Source: Protoeuglena noctilucae
Taxonomy: Eukaryota
DNA length: 64,000 nt
Assembly: GCA_958009085.1 (NCBI GenBank)
Contig: OY253676.1
Location: 186,001-250,000 of the forward strand
Reading direction: 5' to 3'
The position numbers were made by a program, and so were the translations under genes. The notes beneath the pieces are model-generated. The model ran no database searches, had not been told where the DNA came from, and was given only the letters and a program-made list of their open reading frames with translations. This document shows, piece by piece, positions 48,591 through 60,300 of this stretch; within the stretch, counting starts at the first letter, position 1; each line of letters starts with the position of its first letter.

Positions 48591-50650
48591 TCAGTCGCTT
48601 TTGTCCGAGTCGTCGCCTCCATCTGACGAATCTGATGACGAGGACGATGACGACGTCGCGCTGGGATACCCCTGGTAGTCCCGCCTCGCATCAATGTCCT
48701 CCGCCACCCTCGCCAGGTCAGGGCGCTCCCTGCGGGGCTGAGCAGGGGTGATGCGGTGTGCGGTATGCTTGGCGACCCGTCACTCGCCATCGACACAGCG
48801 CCCACCACTCGCCACCAACACGCCACCCCCCGAGTCCCACTCGCCTTCTCAAGGCCTCGAGCCACCGCTGGGACGTCTTGGGCCGCCCCTTGCGCGTCCA
48901 CCGCCACGCCGCACCGAAGTTGGACGAAGCCACGTAGTTCTGCGTGACGGCCACGGTCGTGTCCAGATTCATCACGCAGTGCCACCAGCCGCAGGGCACG
49001 AAGATGGTCTCGCCCGGCTCCTGCACCACGTCGAGCGGCGCGGCGTGCGGCCACTCCAGGGTCTGCAAGCGACGAAAGCAGCGGCGGAAGCATGGCGCTT
49101 CACGGTCAAGACATGCCGCATGACATGCCACCACACTTGTCACTGCCACAGTCAGTCACCTTGGTCCTTGGGTACACTTCCTGGAACCACGTGCTCGCTT
49201 CCTTCTCCATCCCTGCTGGGACCAGGTCCGCACGGGGCACGCCCGGGGGATAGAGCGCCCACCGCTTGCGGCCCACGAGCAGGGCGTTCCAGGCGTGGGT
49301 GCTGCCGGGCACGAGGGGAGTGCAGTTTGCACAGGCACTGGGAAGATGGGGCATCCTCGACAGCCTTCATCACCCACCCCTCAGCCGCCACGCTGCCCCC
49401 TGCGCTCACCCGAGAGGGTCCACGTGCATGCAGGCGCCAGAGCGGGGCGGTCCAATCACGATCCACTTGTATGGGGGCCGGCGCCTCTCCCCCACGTACC
49501 TGCGACGGGCAACCAAGACATTGTAGACATGACTATGCGCTTATCTTATCGACCTGCTACCACGTGTGTCCCTCACTCACTTCAGCAGGTCTTCCTGGAA
49601 GAGCTCTGGGACGGCGTAGTCTTGAGCCAGCTCGCGTATCCCCGCACGCTCGGCAAACGAGCCCTCGAAGATGTAGAGAGGAGAGTCGTCGCGGCTGTGC
49701 TGCAGAGACGGCAGAAGATGCAGTGGAGAGGCACCCACCCATCACAGTGTCGTCCATCACAGCGCCCTGGCCGGACCGGCAACGCACCTTGGGGTGCTGG
49801 AGGAAGTCGTAGTAGTACTTGAACTTGAGCCGCACCGCGTATCCGTCGTCGTCCGTGCCGACCTTGAACTTGAAGTCCCCATACCTCTCTCGGAACCACT
49901 CCACCGTCCACTGCCGCGCCGCCGGCCAGTCGTCACTGCGTGCCAAGCGCTTCACGGTGTACTCAGGACCCGCTGCAATCGGACAACGACATTGTCAAGA
50001 ACAGGGAATCCACAGCCACACGCACCAGAGGCCCTGGATGATGACCGGGAGGCGGGCGCGCTCATACCGCGCCACGAACTCCCGGGGAGTGATGTCGCGG
50101 ATGTGCACGCGCGGGAGGCGGTCGTGGAGTCCGCTCGTGCTGAGGAAGGCGGGGATGCAAGCCAGCTGCGAGCGCGGGAGCTGGGTGCGTCTGCAAGCGA
50201 CACGCTGCGGGACGGCACGTGCATCCGTGCCCGCTCCGCAAAAACCTCGCCTTCCGCCGCTGCCAGTCGCCTCCCGTGACGCTTATTTCGCTCCTCACGC
50301 GCCGTTTGACCTTCCTGAGCTTTCGTTCGCGCTTCTCCGCCCACTGCGTTCTAGAGAAGCAGAGCAGCTCGCAGCGCGGGAGGCGCTCGCCAACCCGACT
50401 GACCCAAGCGGTTGAATGACATTGGCGAGGTGGACCTAGACACCATGCGCTGTTGCCGCCGCAGCAATCGCCGAAGAACCAGCGCCCGCACCTCCCCCTC
50501 GTCATCGGCGTCGTGGAGCCGCTCCAGCCGCGCGTCCAAGCGCACGAACACGATGCGCGACGTGTCCGCGGTTTGAGCACTCGTAGATGCGTCGTCCCCC
50601 CCGCTCTGGCTCTTCGTGCGCGCCGGGTACGGCACGGCGGCCTCCACCAT
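48591..50650 (-). CDS. JMJD6: JmjC-domain protein JMJD6/PSR (lysyl hydroxylase/arginine demethylase), multi-exon
   Basis: [57 protein letters not shown] (HxD), [49 protein letters not shown], and a poly-Ser tail [11 protein letters not shown]. Confidence 0.93.
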
Positions 50651-51310
50651 CCTGCATAAGCCTGCTGCGGCGCGCGGTTCGCAGGCGATGGCTCTAGCAA
50701 CCTAATGATGCATCTCCGGGCACATCGATGACGAGAAACGAGGAGGAGAGCACATGATGAGGCGATCTGGCGGGCACTGGCGCCTTGGCTTGGGGCCAGC
50801 TGGCCGCGAGCTGTTGGTCCCGGCTCCTCCCGCAGCCCCTCTACATCTGGCACCTGTGTGTGCTCATCCATGGGGCCTGCGCTGCTCCTCGCGCCGGAGA
50901 TTGGTTCAGCGACCTGCCGACGGTGGATGGCCGGCATCGGTGCTCCGATTTCTGCCCAGCCGCCGTGACATTGCTAGAGCAGAGTTGACTGCTTGTGAAG
51001 CTATCACCTGTGAGCCGCGGACCTCGCCAGAGATCCCATCCGGGCCCATCCGGGGGCCGCACCGCTTAAGCCCAAGTGGTGAGCACGCATCTGGGGTCAT
51101 CCCCGTCGTTGGTGATCTTGCTCCAAACACTTGCTCATACCTTGACGTTCCCGGGTTGCGTGGAGCGGCGATGGCTGCGCGTATGTGCATCATCAGCTTG
51201 GGCCGCCGGGACGGGCCCATCGCCTCCGGCCAAACGGCCCCTTGCCGCCGCATCACGATTCGCCGACTTCATCACGTGTTGCAGGACGTCTCATCGGGCC
51301 GGCAGCGAGC

Positions 51311-54300
51311 ATGAGCGCCGAGGCGCTGCAGGGCGTGGCGGAGCGCGTGCGCTCCCCCGACGTGGACGTCCACGCGCTGTTCGCGGAGGACCTCACCGCC
51401 GCGCTCTCCGATGCGGCGGCGGTCGAAACAAATGCGGCGGACTTGGCTCAGGTGCTGGAAGCGCGTCCGGGGCGTGCGGCGGGATTCCCGGCTCCGACTT
51501 GCGGCCTCCCCGATTTCGCCTTCCATCCCGACTCCGCAGGGCGTGATGGCTTTCCTCGCGGTGTCCGGGAGAGCTGGCGCACGTGGCACCGAGGCCGTGC
51601 AGGCGTTTGTGGACCGCGCTGTCGCGCAGGACGCGTTCATGAAGCAGCTCACTGCAGCCATCGTGAAGGCGAGCTGACTGGGACCAGCGCAGCAATGCGC
51701 TGAGAAGCGCACCACTCTGATCGTCTCTATGTGCTGCCACTCGTATCTGTCACACACCAACTGCGCCTCCCTTGCTGTGCCCTTCAGGCGGAAAAGGCTT
51801 TTGCAAAGGCCCGGCCCCAGCACTGCCTCATCTTGCTCGGATGGGTGGGGTCGCTGCTGCGCGTGGTGCCCATTCCGGCGGCGGCCAAGGCAGCGGAGGC
51901 GCTGGCCAAGGTGCAGGTGACCAGCGACCCGAGCGACGCCCCCAACGCTCAGCCATCCTCACGCATCGCAGCATGGCCATCGTCAATGCACCTGAACGTC
52001 TGATACGGTTCTGATCAAATTCTCCTTTATCTCTCGCAGCTGAGGCTCCTCGACCTGGCATCTGCGGACCCTGCCCTGGCCAACCAGGCCGTCGCCTGCG
52101 CCGCCGCTCCACTCCAGTCACGCCCCGCGGCTCTCGGCCCAGTGTACACTGCCCTGGACCCGCCGGCCTTTCCCTCCGCCGGCGCGGTGCTCCACGCGGC
52201 CTCGCTGGGCCTGGACGATGCGGAGGACACCGAGGGTGGCGCTGAGGGTGGCGCTCCGGGCCGTGACTGGGCCACTCGTGCTCTCGAGTGGTACCTTAAG
52301 GGTGTCCTGGGAGCCAAGGCACGGCCTGAGACGGGCGTCGTTTCTCTCTTCACCGACGTGGTCAGGTGTGCTGGCGGCCAGTGCCGTGGCGCATGCTGGC
52401 AACAGGGACGATCAATGAGTGGCGCACAGTCGCATGCACCCAACCCAACTAATACCACCCACCGCGTGTTCCGTGCTTGGCCTGCAGGTCTGCGCCTGCG
52501 CCGTTCCTGGAGGAGCAAATCCTTCCCACTGGTGAGCCTCTTGATTTACTTTCGAGTGACTGTGAGTTGTGAACCGGGGCCACCCCTACCAATACCGCCA
52601 ATCGACCCGTTGTGACACCATGGCGACAACGCGCGTGGATTTGCGCTCCATTTCCTTTCCCGCAGCGTCTCGCATGCTCAAGCGTGCCCCTGAGGTCGTC
52701 ATGGGCGTCCTGGCGCATCTCATGGCCAACCTGACCGACCCAGAGGCCGCGGCAAAGCTCATGGTGGAAGTGCAGGTAAGAGAACGCTCTTCGACGAGGA
52801 TTTGTAGGGTTTTACTAACGATAGCCTTGGTCCTCCTGGCTCTGCGCTGCAAGCATGACCGGTCATCGGAGAGAGTGACTGCCCTCGCGCCCTCCCCGTT
52901 TCGCAGCCGTCCCTGCTCGCCGCGCTGCGGCACACGGACCCGGGCCGCCAGGCAGACGCGGCCGCGGCGCTGGCCGCCTTCCTGCGCCTGGCACCGACGG
53001 CGGACGCGGTGGCTGGGGCGGTGGGGGCGGTGTCCGAAGCCTTGCTTAACAAGCAGCTGAAGGGTCCGTCAGAGAAGGAAGCGCACGCGCGCGCTCTGCG
53101 GGGAGCGGCGCTGGCGCTGTGTTCGCGGGGCATGGCGTGCGCGGCGTGCGCCGACGCGACGGTCGGGCGACTGGTGAGTCATCAAGTGCCAAGTGCCATG
53201 CGATCGCTTGTAATCCGTCCTGGCTGCGACTGCGTCATTGACTCGCTCGCTCTCGTCTCTCTCAGTGCACGGCTGCCATGGAGGAGCCCAATGAAGCCGT
53301 CAAGGGGGCATTCCTGGCGACAGCGGCCGCCTGGGCGCCGCTCCTGGGCACTGCCCTGCCCTCGGAGTACCTCGCGCTGCTGGCACAGCTCGACAAGGAC
53401 TTCGCCAAGGAGCCCGTCCGGCGGGCGCAGTGCGTGACGGCGTGCGACATCGGTGCGAAGCTTGTGGCGATGCCTTGCTCCGCCGCGATGCCTGTGCGCT
53501 GGCCACTCTTGCAACCCAGCCCGCGCTGCGCGCTCCGCAACGCTGATCGTCCGCATTTCTGTCCGCAGCCTGGGCGCGCCCCGACCTGGCCCCGGGTCTG
53601 GCACCCGCCACGGCGTCTCTGGCGCGCGTGGTGTCAGAAGGGGTGGCCAAGCCGACCGTGCGCGGTGATGCCCTCTGCGCCCTCCTCGCCCTTATCCTCT
53701 CCGCGCGGCACGACCCCGCCGCGCTCGCCGCCCTGCAGGGGCAGCCTTTCTGGCACCCGGCCCTGACGCAGGGCTCCCGGCTGCTGGAGCCGCCGTCCTC
53801 CGTGGCTCGGCTCCTCCCCGACCAGAGCCGCTGCTGCGCCCGCCTGTGCCGCGTGCTGCTGGCCCCGGCTACGGCCGCCTCTCTCCCCGACGAGGCGTGG
53901 GCGTCGGCCACGGCGTGCGACATTCTGGCGCACTGTCTGGTCCGGGAGGACGCGGGGGAATGCGCGGCTGCCGACTGCGCCCAGCAAGGTGCGCGCATGT
54001 GTGGCACACGAACGCGGCAATCGCAGGGCACACACCATCTATGCCTACGCCCTTCACCATGTGTGTCGGTTCAATTGACATACCGTTGACTTTGGTACCC
54101 CCGCAGTCGTGCACGACGGGGCGCATGTGGAGGCGTTGCTGGCATCGATTCTCGCGCTCGTCAGGGACACGGAGGGCACTGCGGCGCTGCTCAAGGGCGC
54201 TGGGATGGACAGTGAGCCTGCGGATGTATCTGACGCTCTCCGCCGGGCGCTGCTGCGCTGCTTGCCGCGGGAGGTCTGCAGCCTCACGCCACAGGTGACG

Positions 54301-57300
54301 CGCTGCTGAAAGCTGAGCCCAAACTGTAGTGTCGCTCAAGGGCAGGGACACGAGGCACAAGCGGGGGCGAAAGCGAATGGCGCACAGCACACAACTGCAT
54401 GGTTCGATACCCCTGTGCGACATGACGTCTTTTCGCAACCTCTTCTTGTCTGTTCTCACCATCGCAGTCTCTGGCGACGTGCATGGTGGCAGCCATGCAC
54501 GCCAACACGTTAGGCGGAGAGGGCGCGTCTGCAGCGGACAGCCCGTGGCAGGGGATGTCGGAGCGGTGCGGTGGCCTCGACTACTCGATCGCGTACCACG
54601 CCGGCGGGGTGTTCCGCGTTCTCCGCACGGACCTGACGGGGCTTGACGGGGACCTGCAGCTGGCGGCGGCGCGGGCGGCAGCGGCTGCGGTGGCGTGTGC
54701 ACCCGAGACAACCTGGCCCCACGCCCACGCTGCGTTGGCCGTCCTCCTGGACAGGTGACTGGGGCATAGGGGCTAAAGGAGCGTTGCGATAGGTGTCATG
54801 CATCAGCGTCGCCAGTAGAGAAACAGCAACGGCTTGGCTTCACAAACCCATCGCCTTGCTGGAATCGCGACGTTTGTTGTCGGTCCTTTGCAGGTCTGAC
54901 CACGATGCCCTGACTCCGATGGACCGGGTGGTGTTCGCCACTCCGCCGGACGCGCTGGGAGTCGAGACGGACGACGGCAGGGCGCTGGTGTTGGCGGAGA
55001 AGACCACGCTGACCATGACGGACGAGGACCGGGCTGCGGCCGAGTCTCTCAAGGCGAGTCGCAGAGATGGCATTGGTGGTGTTGGTGGTTACGAGCGATG
55101 CAGTGACTGCTGGCTAAGAGCGGCAGAGTCTCTCCAGGCTAAACGTGCACAAGGGCATCACGCATTGCATCGAACGCCTGCCTACTGGCGAGGCTCGCAT
55201 CGTCACCATCACAAACTTATTGAGCAAGTTCGTGTGCCCGCAGCTGCCGCTGAAGAAGGGCGAGAAGCCCAACCCGCAAGCGGAGAGCCGCGCGCGGCAG
55301 CTGGCCCGGGAGGCGGGGTCGCGGCGGTGGAGCGCCCGCATCTGCGCACGCCTGCAGCTGGGGCTGCGGCTGGTGCGAGAGCTGTGCGAGGCGGCCTCGG
55401 GGCAAGTATCGTCGTGTCTGGGCGAGCTCGGAGACCTGGGTGAGACAGCACAGCCCAGGCGGTGCCTCTGTCACTGCCACCGCATCGCAATGACGCCCAT
55501 CGCTTGCCCTGCCACGCCCCACCCGCAGTGCTGTACTGTACCACTAGCACACTCATCGCCCTCCCCGTTCCACCCCACCCGCAGTGCTCCCGCTCCTCTC
55601 GTCCTTCATGGTCGGCTCGACTGCCGCCGTCGACACCACCGAGTGCCTGGCACGGTGCCTGCCACCGCCCCTCCAGGCCTTGTCTCAGGAGATCGCCCGC
55701 GCCATCCATTTCGCGCGCACCACCGCCCCCGCTGCCTTCTTGGCAAACCCCATCGCCGGCTCCGTCGTCCGTGCCATCCAACTCCACACCGTGGGTCCGT
55801 CCCTGCCCCTCCCTTCTCCGGCATACGCCCTGGTCATCCCGATCCTCGAGGCGGTGCTCACCTCCGGTCTGCGCTCCAAGCTCCATGACCCGGCCATCTC
55901 CATCGTCGCTCTCCACGCCTCGCCCTCGGCGCCGCTCCCCCGCACGCGCCTCTTCCGCTCCCTCTACCTCTACCTCGAGGCCACCCCGGCCGCCAAGTAC
56001 CAGGCGAGACGCGTTGCAAGTTAATTATCGCATTCGTAACGAGTAGCCCTCGTGAGCAGTCATGGGGTGCACGCAATCTCGACTCTTGGCCACGGTCATC
56101 AACCCATATGGCTCTGCTTGGTCAACTAGCACGACGCCCTTGGCAGTCGACCAATGGACGCTTTGTGTACATTTCGCGTACCTGCATCCGTCTCCGCAGG
56201 TCACGCCCCTTCTCCAGCAGCTTGGGTCTGGCGTTTCGTCGCCCAAGGAAATCGGGGCGGTGCTGGAGGGTCTGGTGTCCGGCGCAGCCCATGTCAGGGT
56301 GGCGGCGCTCGCGGCCCTGTCGCGCGTGCCCGCCATCAAGGCAGGGTCCATGCCGTCTGACTGCTCCCTCACAGCCATGCTTTACACCGCATGCTTCGAC
56401 GCAGGCGAGGCTAAGCCTGGGCATCGGGACACTGTGCCACGTCACGAGGTCAAACAGCAGCGCTCCTTGTTAATCCCCATTCTGGACACTCGTCACTCAC
56501 TCTCCCCATCCAGTCAGGCGACAGCCCCACACACTGCGCTTGTGCTGAGCGTGAAGCCCCGCCCTGTCCGCAGCCGCCGCCAACGCCAGCTTCGCCCAGG
56601 CCATGTTCCGCCAGTCCGGCGCCTCGGTGACGGCGCACCCCGCCGCGGACCTGACGTCCGCGTTCCTGAGCCCCCTGCTCCTGGCGTCGCCCCATTCGGA
56701 CGTGCGCGTGTCCGCCGGGCAGGCCCTCGCCGCTGCCCTGGAGCGCCTGGGCCCGGAGGCCCTCGACGGCGCCCTCGCCCAGGTGCTGCTGTCCTACGTG
56801 CCCACCGCCACGGCCAGCGCGAGGGCCGGGGTCGCTGCAGGGCTCGGGGCGTGCGCGCGTCTCATGACCCGGGAGCAAGTGATGGCGGCGATTGAGTTCC
56901 TGCTGTCGCGGGGGCTCGCGGACCCCGCGGAGGAAGCGCGGTGAGCGGCGGGGGTGGCTGGGGCGAGAGCAGCGCGGTGCAGGGTGGCGGGGGTGGAGGG
57001 AAGACTGGCTAGTGCCAGCATGTGCGGTTGACAATCCATGGCAGCGACGGTGGGTCACAGTGGTAGACTTGCCAAATGGAGCTACACAGATGGGCAGTTA
57101 GAGATGTCATGATATCCGAATTGATGACCATCGTGTCTACATTGCGCAGGTCTGCGATGGTGGCGTCGGCGCAGCAGCTGGCGGACTTGCACGGCCAGGC
57201 GATGGCCAGTGAGCTGGTGCCTCTGTTCGAGTCGCGACTGGACCGAACGAAGGTCGACACGGCGATGGACGAGGACACGTACGATTACATCCGAGAGGGC

Positions 57301-60300
57301 GCCGTGCTCATGCTGGGAACGGTCGCTAGGCACATCCCGCCAGAGGATCCCAAGGTGGGTGCTGTGCGGGGGCGGATGTAGAGCGGGGTATGCTAAGCAG
57401 TGCTCAGCAGGAGTGGAGACTGTCATATGATACGGAGGGACAGTGCAGAGCATCGCTTGTGTATGGTCCGTTCGCACCGCCCCGTTCGCATCGTCCCTCG
57501 CTGCCCCCTGTGTCACCTCCCAGGCTCACGTGACAGCGACGTCCTCCACATACTTTAAATTGTACCACCCTTCGTTTTTCGCAGGTCAAGGAGGTGGTGG
57601 AGATCATTCTGGAGGCGCTACGCACTCCGTCCGAGTCGGTGCAGCGGTCGTGCGGGCAGTGCCTGGCACCGCTGGCCAAGCGCCTCTCGGGGGACCGGGA
57701 GTACGCCGCGCAGCTCGTGGACCGCCTGGCGGCGATCGCGGTGGCCTCGGACAGCTACGCTGACCGCCGTGGCGCCGCGTTTGGGCTGGCAGGCGTGGTT
57801 AGGGGGCTCGGCCTCGTCTCCCTCAAGCAGCTCAACCTCATGACGCGGCTGGTGGACAAATTCGAGTCCAAGAAGGACGTCACGGGCAAGGAGGGCGCCC
57901 TCTACTCCTTCGCGGCACTGACAGGTGCGGGCGCGGGCAACAAGTGCGCCGTGCGGGTGACGAGCATAGACGATGTTTGTCTCGAGAACAGAGAACCAGG
58001 CTATACATACGATGCTGTAATATAATATAACTTTTTCACTAATTACTTCACAGAGACGCTCGGGAAGCTGTTCGAGCCCTACGTGGTGCGGGTGCTGCCG
58101 CTCCTGCTCTCGAGCTTCGGGGACGGCGCAAGGGCCATCCAGGAGGCGGCGGGTGTGGCGGCGCGCGCCATCATGTCCAAGCTCACGGGGCACGGGGTCA
58201 AGCTGGTGCTGCCCCACATCCTCAAGGTGAGTTGTGGTAGCAGCGAGGGTGGCAGTGAGGGTGGCTGTGAGGGTAGCAGGGAGGGTAGCAGTGAGGGTAG
58301 CAGTGAGGGTAGCAGTGAGGGTGGCACTGCGGGTAGCAGTGAGGGTGGCAGTGAGGGTAGCAGTGAGGGTGGCAGTGAGGGTTACATTGATCGCGACAGC
58401 CACCGCCACCGCCACCACCATCGCCACCTCTCCTCCCCATCGTCCTCGCAGTCTCTGGAGGACCCCGCCTGGCGCGCCAAGCAGGGCGCCGTGCAGCTGC
58501 TGGCCTCCATGGCCTTCTGCGCCCCCGAGCAGCTGGGGTCGGCGCTGCCCCAGGTGGTGCCCAAGCTGGGCGAGGTCCTCAGCGACCCTCACCCCAAGGT
58601 GCAGGACGCCGCCAGGCAGGCGCTGGCGGAGGTGGGAGGGACGATCGAGAACCCAGAGATGAAGGCAAGTGGGTGGATGATTGTAGCGTATGTGGTGCCC
58701 GTCATGATCATCGGGCATCTGTGAGAGGACTGCGAGATGAGAGCGAGTCGACACGAAACAACAGGGCGCAGAGTGCGACCTGACACGATGCCAGGTCCCT
58801 TGAGCTGCCAAGCCTTTTGTTAGATGCGACGAGACGAGAGGTGCAGCAGCGGTGAGACTGATGCTGACATGTTGCGACCATGCCTCTTACTGTCTCGCAG
58901 GCCTTGGTTCCAGTGCTGCTGGACGCGATCAGCCACGCCACCGAGGAGCCCCGCAAGGCCTTGGACGCCATCCTCTCCACGACCTTCATTAACACCGTCG
59001 ATGCCGCGTCCCTCGCGCTCATCGTGCCCGTCATTGATCGGGGCATGCGGTCGCAGGTGAGGGGTCGCTCGGGTGGCATTGTTCTGTTCTCTATGCTGCC
59101 TCGGCAACTCGCCTGGCTATTTCATAACTCATGTCTACGCTTCCATGACTCACCCCGCAGGTCGGCGACGTCAAGCGCCGGGCGTGCCGCATCCTCGGCT
59201 CCCTCTGCACCGTCCTCACCGACCCCGCGGACATGGGGCCGTACCTGGGCCCGCTCTCGACCACCCTCCGCGCCTGTATCATGGACGCGGGTCCTGAGGT
59301 CCGCGCCACGGCCGCCAAGGCTCTCGGGTCGCTGGTGCAGGGTCTGGGAGAGGAGCGATTCGAGGGTTTGATCCCCTGGCTCATGGAGCGCATCCGCAGC
59401 GACCAGAGCGCCGTCGAGAGGCAGGGCGCCGCGCAGGGACTGGCGCACGTGCTGGCGGTGCTGGGCGGGGAGCGGCTGGCGGAGGCCATGCCGGAGATCG
59501 TGGCCAACACCAAGCACAAGGCGAGCTGCAAATGGGGGATGAGTGGTTGGGGGATGTCGTGTGCGGCTGATGCCAGGCACAAGGCGAGCTGGGGATGGGG
59601 ACGGGTGATGATGATGTCATGCTCTCGTCATCTTCCACCGTTGTTGCCTATGCAGATCCCTTGCGCACATGACGCTCCTCATCGTTTCCCTTTCACGCAG
59701 AGCCCGTACGTCCGGGAGGGCCACATGACGCTCCTGCGGTACCTCCCCATGGCCCTCGGCCAGGCCTTCCGGCCCCACCTGTCCGCGTCCCTGTCCTGCG
59801 TGCTGTTGGGCCTTGCCGACGAGTCCGAGGGCGTGCGGGACGCGGCCCTGCGTGCGGGGAGGACGCTGGTCGACATGTTCGCCGCCACGTCCATGCAGCA
59901 GCTGCTGCCCAGCGTGGAGGAGGCCATGTTCAGCGGAGACCACCGCATCCGGTGAGTCCGAGACTGCTCTGCTAACAATGCTTATAGTGTTCTTGACAGA
60001 GCCATGGCACAGTGGTCGATGGAGCAACACCCGGCATTCCGCTGCGAGAGGCGCTCCTGTAATGAGTAGCGACCAGGATGCCATTCTTTCGCGGTGCACT
60101 TATCACTATGCCGCACCAACACACCATCTAGTCCACTACGATCCACTACTACCTTCTAATCAACCCTGTCTCTCCCACTCACTCCTCCCTCCGCAGCCAG
60201 GCCTCGATCGAGCTCCTCGGCACGCTGCTCTTCTCCGCGGTGGGCGTGCACCACAAGTTCGACCAGAGCGAGCTCGCGGACGACGAGGAGGCGGCGCCGG

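Noticed and set aside
48570..48606. [11 protein letters not shown], resembling the LTR integrase VDxFSRF motif
   Set aside because: It overlaps the antisense of the JMJD6 stop codon and C-terminal tail, and no other integrase motifs (HHCC, D35E) are present.
55402..55408. Possible GC donor gg|gcaagt in GCN1
   Set aside because: The downstream GT donor at about 55440 gives the correct frame (GDL|VLPLLSSF), so it was not counted as a GC-AG intron.
58236..58385. Repeat array considered as a CRISPR
   Set aside because: Head-to-tail 12-bp units with no spacers, inside a eukaryotic intron, and no cas genes.
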